A stretch of 64,000 nucleotides of DNA. It comes from Balanoglossus misakiensis (taxonomy: Eukaryota > Animalia > Hemichordata). The position numbers and the translations under genes were made by a program. The notes beneath the pieces were generated by a model. It had not been told where the DNA came from and made no database searches. It was given only the letters and a program-made list of their open reading frames with translations. Location: contig CM082595.2 of NCBI GenBank assembly GCA_040954595.2, positions 5,544,137 to 5,608,136 on the forward strand, read 5' to 3'. Positions 1-12,937 of the stretch are shown here, piece after piece (position 1 is the first letter of the stretch; every line of letters begins with the position of its first letter).

Positions 1-2178
1 CTACCTTTATACTCTTTCAAAGTGACACTTACCAGTGGGTACCACAGCTCAGTAGAGAAGAGCTCTTTAGCAAGAATCTTTTCTCAAATATAAGACTAAT
101 TTTCGACCTTGCATATTATGGTTGGTTGTTCAGAAATTGGCAACCATCAAAAAAATAAACAACATTTTTTGTACACGAATGGCAATGCTTCGCAGACTAG
201 ATAAAATTTGTGTGGTCAAATTCCCCACCGTCTGTAACAAGGCTTATAGGTCGAGCAAATTCTTTTCAGATAACCAGACAGTAAATATGCATTGTCATAG
301 CAGTTTTCTGTTTATTTTCACAAAAGAACTCCAGACAACACACATTATATGATTTTATTCAAAGACTTGTGATAATATTACAAACCTCAGTATGTCCCCC
401 CGCTGAGACTATCTTCCAAATAACGCAATCTTTGTCATCCAAAACTCAATCTGATGCCATCAACACAAAACTCCACCACAGACAAACAAGAAAAAAAAGA
501 AATTCTCTTCTAGAGAACTCTCCCCTGCGGACAAAATCATGACTCCAATCAACCCCCGTCAAAAGAACTTTTACAAAGCCAAATAACAGACAGCCAAAAT
601 TGGCACCTTTTCATACAATGGGACGGAAATCCCTATGTACGACACTTGCCTTCCTGACAATTCAACAGCAGACAAAGAATATTTCGTTTGCTTAACACAT
701 TTTTCACCCACTCTCACCCCAAACCAAATGCAGTGAATTTTTTTCATTCTTTTCTTTTTTTCTGTAAAGCCAATACAAAAAATCGGGGATTTGGACAGAC
801 GAGGGCAGAATATTGATTTGGATATTTATTATCAAGAACCGACCTTGCCAGTCAGTGTGCCCAGGTGAAACCTTAGCTCTCTGACATACGGTGTGGGAAA
901 GTTCATCTCTGTCCAATAATTCCCGATCTCATTCTTGTCATTGTAAAGTCTATACATTTACCCCTAACAAGAAAATATAGAGTTTTGATGGTTTTCTTCA
1001 GGAGGAGATATAATAGCAATGCTCTGGGGAGTGGGTTGAATAACAATTGATCTTGCCTAGGCCTTTTCCATGGTAACCGTGGCTGGACTGGTGGCACACA
1101 GGTGACTGTACAATTCTGAATACGAGCGTGCCCACTAATTATCTGTACAATGGTTCAGCAGGGGGTAATGACAATGGGGGAAATTTCCCACACTACAGCT
1201 GTAAACACTACTTCATCCCTGCATAATTGGTCTTGTGTCATCTTCGGAAACCTGTTTGCAGTCAAGACGACAGAGTTGGGGAGGAGGGTGTGTCATACAT
1301 ACCTCTTGCTCACAAAATTTCCATCTGTTCATCATCAAACCGCCCAATTCTCCTTGCCAATATAGTTTTCACTGGGATTTTTTCTGTTTCATTTTTTACA
1401 ATTTTTTTTACATGTAATATACACTGTAGCTGTGTATATTTTTGTTAGGATTTACAATTTCTGATGATATAGCCCAAAACTGCTGAAAAGATACATTGGG
1501 TACATTCCCAGCATCAAAAGTGTGATATAAAAAATACCAGTGAAAGATAAAGCTGTTATTTGCTTCAGAATTGGCAATGGTTCAGATCACAAAGAAAATC
1601 ACTATCACAACATCACACGTAATCTCATTCTAACATGTAGCTGATGAGTACATAGGCCATCTCAAGACAGCCACGGAAAGTCTTGCCAGTGTAACGATGG
1701 ATGATGTACCAGGAAGCCAGTCACAAACTGTTTTACTCTCAGATGTGTGGCTGACTGATGATTCCATTCATTTGAACACCATGGTTTTAACCTGGGAGTC
1801 TGATGTAGCCAATCAACAATGCTCAAGTCCTCGGGTAGATGACTCTTTGTGTGGAGGAAATCTACGTCGCACTTAAGATTGTTGTGCTACACACACCCTT
1901 AAGATTATTGTGAACCAAAATGTCACAAACATCGATCTTCGGTTCTGCTGTCAGCAATGTCTGGACTACAATACAATATGCATGTAACCAAAACAGCCGA
2001 TCAGTCTCATTTCTACCCCATACTGTGGTATTGTCCATTCACCCACAATGCACCGCTCAGTAGGAGACAACCAGAATGCTGTTGCGGTGCAGTGTGGGAA
2101 AACGAGACAATATAGGAGGTATCACACCAGTGGTGTACATGTATGCGGAATAAAAGGCAATTGAAAGATTAAGCCTAC

Positions 2179-3879
2179 CCTGTCAGACAACGCGTTGTAC
2201 TTGATGGCCATCTCGTCTCGATCGGCCCGGCTCTGCGACAGGAGGTCCTCCACTCGACCCAGCTCCTTCTGCAGCATGGAATTCTCTTCCTGCAGGTGCT
2301 GGACTGCCGGAGACGTCATGCTTCCGTCTGCCCCGCTCAAGTCTTCCGTTGAGAGATTCTTGGTGATGATCTCCCGGATTTTGGCCGGCACTTTCGTCGG
2401 ACTGTCGTCTTCTCCGCGGACGCTCGGGACCTCTTCACCTTCTTCCTTCTTCAAGATGGTGTCCTCAAGTCTCTGTTTGACAAAAGAAAATAATCATGGC
2501 AATAGTCAGTTTTCGTCAACAGTCATGTAATCGACAGTAGCCTGGTCACCATACCCAGTGTGTGGGTCTATCTAAAACACACTGGGTACGGTTGACCAGG
2601 GTAAATCGACAGCAGTAAGGCCTGAGTTTCTCCTGATTACCGGTACTGGTTCTTTACAGGGAGATATTTGATGAAAATCAGACTTGGAATTCACAAAGAT
2701 TAAGCTATGGCAGCATGACTGATTCCAAGTATTGTCTGTGAAACATATTTCTAAATATCAATTAAATTTAATTTATCAAGATGGCAATTAAATTTCATTT
2801 ATCAAATTAACTTTTCTAAGCCCCCTTGAGATGGAATAATAGAAACCATTATCGTAATTTCCAGCCCATTAATCTGCATCATTGATGAAGTTTTGGGACA
2901 CAGGGACCCAAGGTCAAAAGACAAGTAGTTTCTTTGTAAAGAAACGGTACAACAACGGTCGTTTATAGTTGTAGCACAAGTTAGGTATTTGGGGGTATTA
3001 AAATTGTTGGCAATAGCCATCACTGATTACACCGCCACCGATATGATAAATATTCGCTTGGTGTCAAACAGGCAGCAAGGTCCACCATTTGGCACCGTGC
3101 CAATATTTTGAGGATTTGAATGAAAGGGGTCTGGCAGCTGATTTCTGCCACAATACAACCGTCAACTTGTCTTCTAATTAGGAGCAATGCTGGCAGATGA
3201 TTTAAAACGTGTGATATTTTAGGGTTTCTCACATTAGATCTTCCAAATAACCCAAACAAGATGAAGAAGCCCTTTAAACAATTATGTAACACACAAATCC
3301 AGTCATCAAATATTCGCTAATATCAAAAGCATACAGTTCAGTTCTAAGTATCCATTGATCTAGACAAAGTAACGGGCGGATATGCGTTAATGGGGCCATT
3401 CACGCAACAATTTGAATGATATAGCCTTCACAATCGGCTATATTAATTCTAACGGAACCATAAACGAGAATAAATATTCGAGTGAGACGCGCTGGCCAGT
3501 GCAGTGTGTAACTAGATTGCCACATGTCACCGGCAGTGTGATCGCAGCGAGAGGTCACCCACAAAATGTATGAACACTGGATGTGTGATTAAATCGCAAG
3601 GTGGTTCGGTGCATTAGAGGAACATACGGCGGCTTTTCTCTCTTGATGGAGATCGCCATTTTGAGAATTATCCTGACATGTGTATATACTAAACACACAG
3701 TGCTTTGATTTTGGAATGGCGTGGTACGTGTGATCTTATATGGTTAAAAAGAGGCGATCGCCCATTAGGTACAAGATACGCTCAGATAAAGCGTCGATAC
3801 CCAAGATTAGGGAAACGTTACAACGTGTTACAACCTGAATGACGTTTTCCAGGCGCTCTCCTCCTCTGCCTCGACTCAT
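2179..3879 (-). CDS. CROCC: Rootletin (ciliary rootlet coiled-coil protein), first two coding exons; gene continues beyond the left edge
   Basis: Exon 3879-3835 (MSRGRGGERLENVIQ, CAG|GTTGTA) joins in phase 0 to exon 2472-2179 (AG|RLEDTILKKEE...PAKIREIITKNL...LQEENSMLQKELGRVEDLLSQSRADRDEMAIKYNALSDR|GTAGGC). This closely matches the vertebrate rootletin N-terminus (LETVIQTLESSVL...LPALIREIVTRNL...[39 protein letters not shown]). Confidence 0.92.
2538..2603. mobile_element. 66-bp hairpin MITE with TAG terminus and 9-bp TSD (Academ-like)
   Basis: TAGCCTGGTCA..TACCCAGTGTGT / ACACACTGGGTA..TGACCAGGGTA, flanked by AATCGACAG at 2529-2537 and 2604-2612. Confidence 0.75.
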
Positions 3880-6800
3880 CGTGTTCCAGAAAGATTAGAT
3901 TTCTGCATACAGCGCGGCCGCATACAAAACGCCGAAATCAACAACACCCGTTCGGTCTTGTTCCTTTCCCGTGGTCGGTTTCAATCGCCCGTGTGTTCAG
4001 TGCGTAGCTCGACAAAGGTCACCCTGTTACTCGATCTCCAGTTGACGTCCGCGGTGTTGCTATTGCAAGCTATCTCGGGTGACCGGCTGATGTTACGTCG
4101 ACGAGTCCTCTCCGTTCCTCCAGATCAATTCAACCTTCACACAGGGCACTGCACCGCTACCAGTCTGTCCGCAACCTGTCTTCGGCCACTGAAAACCGAA
4201 CCGTGTATCGATACGCTTGGGAGGCGACCCTAATTACCAGCGACGAGGCCTGAAAGCCGGTTACACTTCGATCTGTTTGGCTTCTACGCAAAAAAATCGG
4301 GGTCGAAGGGCGATCGACAATGGTCAGCTTTACGTGGTGGGCGTTACCCACGCGCAACCCAAGCCAACCAAAGCGTCGTGTTACCACGCAACGCTGATAA
4401 GACACCGGTACATGCGCGCTAGTCTAAACAATACTATTGTCCTCCGACAGGGCACTTTACAATCTCACAATCACACACAAATAATATAATCTTCCGCTTG
4501 TGAAAATAGTCCATACAGTCTTAGACAGTATAGTATAAAGTTCCTTTCGCTTTTCTCCGCACGAAGCTTCACCCTTGATCCCGACTATTATCCACTGATG
4601 GCGAAATAACGGACAAAAAATTAAGCTTTTGGCGTCTGTAGCCGTTGGATACAAAAACCGGCAGATTAAGACTCGGCAAACAATGAATTGCTTTGCTGTC
4701 AAAATGCCAAATTCTGGAACTGCGGTGCCATTGAAAGACAAGTTCCATGCATACAACACCAAGGTGCAAATGATGAGTTTGTAATCTTCTTGTGGCAGGT
4801 GTGAACATTAGAGAAAGCGTCACAGTTGTAAAACAAAAGCACATAGACGCTCATCAATGGACTAAAGCAAGGTTACATCATTTCACAACATGTTAAAAAC
4901 AGTAGTAATCACATGTTTTTTTTCTTTTACAAATCTCTTTAAAGTCCATGAATGTCTACAGAAGACTGACGACAGCTTGAACAAATGAACTTTTAACTTT
5001 AAAAAAATACAACGTTTTATAAGTATTCTGAGAAAAATCACACATAAGTTCTCTCTCACCATGTTCTGCTAGGTTGTAATGAAAGTATCTTTAGAAATGA
5101 AGTTATTATTAAACTGGAGTAATGTGACAGTGAGGATTTTTAACAACAGTTTAAGCTACACCCCTTGAATTCATTTAATTCATCATTGCATAAATGGTAC
5201 TTTATCTACTCTCTTTGATCACAACAACTTTTCAATCGCATTTCACACCAGTGTCAATTTAAAAAAAAATTCTTTTGGAAAAGAGCCTTTCAAATTCTCC
5301 TTAAGCGTTCCCTTCTGTATGCTTTTCTCTACTATACACGACAATTCATTAGAAACACTGACTTCATGAGGTCATAGGTCACAGTAATATGGACTAGGCA
5401 GCCATAAAACAAACAAAGCAAAACACACAATGAAGGTATAAGATTTTTTTCCGCTGAATGCAGCGATTCTCGTAGTGTCAGCGTTCCTGACCTGAGATGT
5501 GACCTATCTGGACACAACAGATGAAATAATCTTTTGTGTTTGTGGGGACTGTGGGAGTTAACAACCCCAAGGCAGTAAAGACCCTCTGCCCTCTCATAGA
5601 CATCCTCCCACCCCTCATTTCTGAGCTCCTGTTCAATTTGCTGAAATTCCTTTTTATATGTTTGACCAATTGCATCAGTCTTTGCAGCACACAGGAGAAT
5701 TCTGGTGTATTAATGATGACTAAGAAACCAACACTAGCCCATGGGTTCTACACTTATCAAAGAAAACAATGGAAATATTGTGATATACATGTACAGTAAT
5801 TCGTGAGTGGGACTGGGAGATCACCAGTTTATCAAAGCATAATCACCATTAGTTGTCACCAGGAACAGAAAACCATCTTTTAATTGCTTCAAGAACAAGG
5901 AGCACAAGAAATATTCATAAATGGTTCAACCACTCAATTCACCATACAAATATCTTATTTCACTGTGAATGATCTTTTTATGTTCAGATATAAATAATTC
6001 ACATTTTTTGCTAGTCAAAGAAGCAGCTAATTAATTAATTTATCAATTAACTAATTGGTGATAATTAAAGGGACAGTGTGAGATTTTTTAGTAGAGCATC
6101 AGGATTGTTTGTGCAGATGGCATGATGCATATGAGCCAGTTGGTCATGACAAATATTGGACAGAAGTTTGCCAATGCCTTTGTTGTTAAGGATGATAAAT
6201 ATTTCTTTGTCTAACTGACCCAGAAACTACAAAGTCAAGGTATGTTCCAAATTCCAACAGAAATGGGTCAGGTTGGTGGTAGTCAAATTTTGTCAAGAGA
6301 GTCTCACCTAAAGTTAAAAAGTCCGTAGGAGTTAAGGTGATGGGTTGAAAGTTAAATGACAGTTGTAGAATTCAGAAATGAGAATTGAACGCATATATAT
6401 TCAGGTATTTAATTTTAAGGACTGGTTATAAACGATTGCCACAATGGAATCTAAGTCATTTGTTCAAATTTTTTAAAATAAAATTTAGAAAATGATTACA
6501 ACAGTGAAAATCCAACATTCAGACAGAGCACAGTGGTCAAGGGTTAGTGTCTTTAGTGTTGGTCGGAGGGAGGGGTAGGGCAGTGTCAAACTGAGGTGAG
6601 GGGAGGGGGAGAAGACACACGAGAATACCAAATAAGAAACCGGGATGTTAAATACATATACAAGATAATTCTGTTACTGGGCACTACTTTTGCAGTGATT
6701 GAAACTAAATATTGTCAAAGTGAGAAACGGATACCAGCAACATTTTCCTGTACATGTTTACAAATGTCTGGGAGCTGTTTGTGGCTGGGGCAAGCCATAT

Positions 6801-8501
6801 TTTAGTAACACAAGACCTATGTATAATTTCGACTTTGTCATGCAAACATAAACTGAGCTGTAGAGAAAATATGCTGAGTGTTAACAGTTATGATTTGAAG
6901 AAGGAAGTCAAATATTGACCCGATGTTAAAACACTGAGTAGGAGCTTTTAAGTTGAGAGACATAACTGTACACATCTGCACATTCAACGGTTACCGTACA
7001 ATTCAAATGTAACAGTATAACTCCGTCACAACTATAGCATTGTTTTAATTTTGGACTAGTGCCAATTGACTGCATGCAGCTTAAATTTTCAGCCGTGATG
7101 CGTACATGCATGCATGAAAATGCAAACTGGATTAATTATGCCAATATTTGATGAATATTTTGAGTGTTTACACCAGAAGGATTTGTCCTCTGTGAATAAA
7201 AACTGGTTGTCTTTTTTCCTGAATTTGCAACTGTGTTGAAGTCAGATTTAGTGGGTCCACATGTGTATGAACAAAACTCACATCACAATAATTCAGGCAC
7301 ATATTTCATATTCAGATATTGATCGATGCAGTTATCTGACCAGATACCTACATGGTATGTATACCTCAAATTTATTATTTTCTCTACACTAGAAAAATTA
7401 CTATCTTTGTCAATGTCATGTATACATTGCCTGCCACTATGCAAACACTGGCATTGAATGAGCTCATATATATACTTCAACAGTATAAAGATTGGCCCTC
7501 AGAGGCCAATAGAATCACTCCTTAGTGGCCTACAGTCAATCAGCAACAACATAATGTCCCAGACACTGTCTTTTGTTACACTGCATTTCATTGGTTAAAT
7601 ATACCCTAGAGAATTTGGAGTTAGGAAACCATTGCCTTCACAGCCTTTGTAGATGGTTGTGAATCAAATAGGATATGTGAGGTTGATTGTAATGTGATGT
7701 GATGTACAGAATTACTACGAGGTTTTTGGTCTTAGAAGCCTTTAAGCAAGTATTGCTTTTTTATGGCAGACATGTTAATTCAAAACCATTTGGTTCCACA
7801 TAAGTGGAGTAATAATGTTTTATGAGTCTTCCTGTGCTTATCGGAGTCAGGCTATTCAAGCAATTACACTGATAAGATGTTTTAAAGCTACTTTTAAAAA
7901 AATAGAACCACATTGTTATGACTTTAGTATACACCAAGGATAACTTTCAGGAATGTTCTCTACATTATTTCATCGCTTAATTTTATTGTTTCCAGCAAGT
8001 ACAGATGTACATACAAACAAAGAATGGTGTTCCCATATGCCCACTAAAAACAAGTCAACCTTTCTCCATACTTTTTACCACAATACCACAAATACTCAAT
8101 TTTATTTGAATTGTTAAAATTTTCACATTCTGTCAGCAGTGAACAATTATCCACAAACACTATGTAGGATAAACATCATATAAAAACTGCTAGATTCTAG
8201 AAATATTCAAAATACATATTTTAAGGAATAAAACTAAATTTTTCAATATACGGTATAGAAACCTGGTGGTAACAAAAACACTCTGTTGTATTTTGGTAGG
8301 TACAGAGGGTGACCGTACAAAGTCCCTTACGAAGAAGTGATGAATTATTTCAACTATTGATCTGTTTACTCAAACAGAACTGGGACCAACAGGAAGAATA
8401 TTTGCCAGGTAAGATATTACTAAAAATACCCCCAATTGAATCAGATACTCTGAACTCTAACCGGTCATGAGACACTAAAAACAACCAATCTGCAGGTTTA
8501 A

Positions 8502-8687
8502 AGGTATACAGTCACCCCTAATTTACATCCGCCCATATATGGTTGAAATGGCGTATTTGAGTGTTCTAAAGAAAATATGGTGGCGCTGTTTTTTTCGCGT
8601 GTGCCACCCACTGAAAATCCATGATTGGCTAGATCTCAAGTTTACCATGGTAACTGTCGCTAAATTTCCATAGGTGACCGTATACCT
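8502..8687. mobile_element. Kolobok-like MITE family A
   Basis: TIR AGGTATAC(A/G)GTCACC and TTAA on both sides. Homologous copies in the opposite orientation at 30704-30873 and 35537-35721, and the same TIR at 11432. Confidence 0.8.
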
Positions 8688-8691
8688 TTAA

Positions 8692-9195
8692 AGGCACGTA
8701 AGCTGCAACTGGATAAAAAATTAAAGTTTTAAATAATGTCATATATGTTTTTAATTATGTCTATTAAATGATATTTCATGATAATATATCAAGCTCAACA
8801 CTTATTTATGACAAAATTGCCAAAAATGAAAGAAAAACGAAAATTCCTGCAATTTTAAAAAAAGTGCAATATTGCAATGAAAAATGAAAATCTGATGTCT
8901 CAGTGGTGAACATTTACTTCCATGAGCTCAAGTGGATGATATCATGTTTTGTTTATGAAGTTTCACAACCGGAAATGCAACATTTTCATTGTTTCTTGCA
9001 TTTTCCCACGGTGGCGGCCATAATCGCTTGCGGCAAAGCTTTATTATTTGTCTGGTTAAAACTTGCATATGCACTCATATTTAGGGTTTATAATGCTTGT
9101 GTATAGTTCACTGCCTTCATCTGCATGGACTAATGGTAGTTCAGTTTGAAACAAAAATTATGAAAATTATCCCAAAAGTTACAGCTTACGTGCCT
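8692..9195. mobile_element. Kolobok-like non-autonomous element family B
   Basis: TIR AGGCACGTAAGCTG(C/T)AACT ... AGTTACAGCTTACGTGCCT, flanked by TTAA (8688-8691 and 9196-9199). Confidence 0.8.
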
Positions 9196-12100
9196 TTAAG
9201 GTATTACACATCTTACACAAAACTTGTAGTCACTTCAGGTATACTGAATGTAAACACGAAGAATGTTTGCATGAGCTGAAGGACCCTGGACGACTCTATT
9301 TAACTCAATTCCAAGTGACACTGATAAATTATTGTCAGGGGCCTCAAGTTAAACCTGTAGTAATATCTTCATACCTGGTCAATCCGTGAACATTACCAGG
9401 ATGAAAAATTGAAAATACTTGTAGGTCTTTTGGGGAGAGTTTCAGTAATCTTATTTATGTCAGATGAATACGCTTCATTCTAGAAATAATTCCACACATT
9501 TTGACTAAAAGGGACAAAGCTGCCCATTTTTGCTAGGAAGGGAATTTCTGATTGTAACAATCACCAGAGATTTACCAATATGTTGCGCACGCTTACTGGA
9601 TCTAAAGTGAGAGGAAAAGTTTTGATGCAGGCTGGCTAGATCACTAGTTTCTCAGATAATCTTACGAAGCCTTTGGAAAGTTAATTATCAGTTAATGACA
9701 GTTGTGCATCGTCGTGAGAAAATTAACCTTTCTGGTTTTTGACTGAAATCAAAAACCGCAACTGTCTGTTCTGTAGAAGACAATGCCCATCAATCAATAA
9801 ACACACATTCCTTTGAGGAATTCAATTGAACAGACAAAAGAGATGATGGTAAAATCAATTATTTTTCATTAACACCAAACTATAGAAACATCTCGCATCA
9901 TCTTAGTCGCCACAATTTATTATCATAATTTGATATTTATTCAAGCGTATGTTTTAATGCCAAATTGTCTCTTATCAGTTTTTAATTACACTATTTAGAA
10001 AAATTACTGCGTACTACTCAGAACTGGTTATGCAGTCTTGTGTCTTAACCATATTTCTGTGAAGCTAGTTTGTTGCAATTTCTTTCAAATCAAGAAAGTT
10101 GACAAACTCTTATTATGATGGAATATTTCAAAAGCTAGAAGACTTGTTTATATAAAGAGACACTGGATGACTGCAGGCCACTGGCTATTAGTATTAGACC
10201 ACATTGCATCCGAGATATTAACCAGTCGATTCTTTAAGACTTGACTAATGGATGGGGTACAATGGAGATTTGTAATCGTCTTAGCAGCCGCTGGTGGAAA
10301 GAGTTCAGATAATGAACTGGGCAGGTATAACTGCTGGGGCAGTGGCAGGTGGTTGGGAACTGTGTTCAGTCAAAACAGTGAGTCACTTCACCACAACAGT
10401 GTTACTTACGGCCATGTAGACTTCGATTTTAAGCGTCTGGGGTCTCGTCGGTGAGTTTTGCTCGTGTCCTCCCGCGGCCATGGTTTGTGGTGAATAACGT
10501 CACATCGTAATCACGCTTTAGACTTTACTGTTTTCTCAGTTCTCAGAAAACGTCTCGTCTGCAGGTGCATCTCTGCGATGCACCAGCACGAGTCGCTTCG
10601 GTTGACATACGACATGTAGTATTAATGCTCGGTCAATGAAAAGTGCAAGTTGGGAGTTTTCAAAGGAGGCCTTTGTTATGCAAAGTATCTAGTGAATTGT
10701 TCTCGTGGTAATCAATTGTCATCATTCGGAAGTACATGTATCACCACCGAGGAGATTATAAGTTGATATCTATCAGTGCCAAATTCCCAGGAATAAATGA
10801 CCACAGAATGTAATAACGCTATTCAGGATCTTGGAATTTTCTTTCAATTTGTGACTTTGAAGTTACTGCATTTTAGACATTACCTATACTTAATAAGTGC
10901 TAGTAACCACCTGTTGACTTGCTATAGTACATATAGGTGACGGTCAGTTTCTTGGTGTCCTTAGCCGGGTGTATCCACAACAAAATGTCTTTCCTGTTAC
11001 CAAAAAAGGATACGAAACATGATTTTGTTTGGCTTATCCTCAACCACAAGTTGTTGACAGGCTTATAATGTTTTTGTTTTGTTTGTCTTTGTTTGTTTTT
11101 TGGAGGGGGAAGCAGATGGTTGTATTACGCTAATCTCACTATTGTTACAGCCCACTTACATCAATCCGGCATTCATTCTGACAAAAATATCCTTGGGATA
11201 GATTTTACACGAAATCAAAGCCTTTCAATCTTTCTTTATTTTGTTACATAAAAGCTAGTACTAATTTTAAGAATTAACAATCTTGTTCACTAAGGAAAAT
11301 CAACATTCTGAAGCGAATTGGCACAAAATATTGGTGCCATTTTGAATTTTAAATATTAGACACTTTTGGATTATCATATTGTCCACTTAAAAGTCTATGG
11401 TAACTTTGAGTTAAAGGGAAAATTTGTTTAAAGGTATACAGTCACCAATGCAAATTGGCCAAAGTTGCATTGGAAAGTGGAGACCCAACCAACCAATCAC
11501 AGATTTATTTGGGTGGCCAAATGAAAAAATGTGGCTGTAGAAGACTTAGCCACAAAGGTATATATAAATAGGCATATGTAGAGGTGATTGGTTGACAAAG
11601 TTTTTAATATCGTGGAGACAAAAAATTACCAATATAATGTCAAAAGTTAGCAACTTTACCTAAAGTTTACAGAATGTGGTCAAAAGTTAATATTCTTTGT
11701 TTAGTTCTGGAGCATATAACGGTAACAAACAACTTATCAGATACCGAAATGGCAAACATCCAGAGAGTGTTTTGTTTTTCTCAGTCACTTGTGGACCAGA
11801 AAAGCTCATTAGCCAACCTCAATATTTACAACCAGGATCATTAAGGATGCAATTTCCAAACTGCGCCAGAAAACACTGGACAGAAATCTATTGTTCGGTG
11901 GTCGTGTCAATATTGCCATGGTCTGGCCTGCAAATTGAGCCTTCACAATAGAAGGCTATCTGATGTCGGTGGCCGAGTAGATCTTGTTACAGGGATAGAG
12001 GTGAAGTCAAATTTGAACAGCCCTGGATACACGTTTCTGTTTCTAGGGACACGCGTAACACCAACAGGTTTTTGATACACACACGTCTGGAAACTGAGAC

Positions 12101-12625
12101 AGGTTTTAACCATGGTGTTGTGACCAGAATTAACTTTGTTGACCAGTAGCATTAGCATGCCTTTAACAGAGACAAATTGTTGAAAGGTTATTCTCTCTCT
12201 AGTGAAACTATATTGACATAGTTGCATGACTTGGTATGGTTGATAGCATAAATGTTATAGCTATCAGGAAATTTGGTCACATAATTATGTAAATCTGTTA
12301 AAAATTTGAGTAATCCTGACTCATAATTTGTTCATTTTCAATAACTTTTCTGACCCTTGACCCCCAAGTTATGCATATTAATTACAAGCAGACTGACAGT
12401 GCAACCTTAATTAGCATATAGCTGTCCCTGGTCTCCAAAGGGTGGAGTGATACAAGTTTACTCAGTAAGATGGCTGGCTCATTTGCATGACAAGTGTCAT
12501 TTGTATGACAATACTGAGGTAAACAGTATACCTGGCTACTGTTATGCAAATAGCCATTTAAATCTCCAGTGAATTGTTATGTAAATGGTCATTTAAATCC
12601 AGTGAGTTTGCAGTGGATCTAATTA

Positions 12626-12937
12626 AGCAATAAAACACCCCCAGCCATGGTATACCACGAGATTTTGACCAGTTCACGACATATACGCACGAGCGATAGC
12701 GAGTGCGTATATGGAGTTGAACTGGTCAAAATCGAGTGGTATACCATGGCTGGGGGTGTTTTATTGCTATTATATTATGCCAGTATATTGAAACTTGGCA
12801 TAAAACATTTTAAAAAGGCATTTTCTTTGACTATGATATATGACTGTGGTATATGGCTAATATATCACGGTCACGTGTCGTGTCTCGACCAATCAAATAG
12901 CGTGATTTACACCATCAATATACTGGTATAATATAAT
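12626..12937. repeat. Double-hairpin (two adjacent inverted repeats) element
   Basis: 12626-12768 is a near-perfect ~140-bp palindrome centred on GAGCGATAGCGAG. 12769-12937 is bounded by the inverted pair ATTATATTATGCCAGTATATTGA / TCAATATACTGGTATAATATAAT. Confidence 0.8.

Noticed and set aside
26-120. Consensus minus-strand donor (CTG|GTAAGT) near the left edge as a possible CROCC exon 3
   Set aside because: The upstream frames do not resemble rootletin and no convincing acceptor was found.
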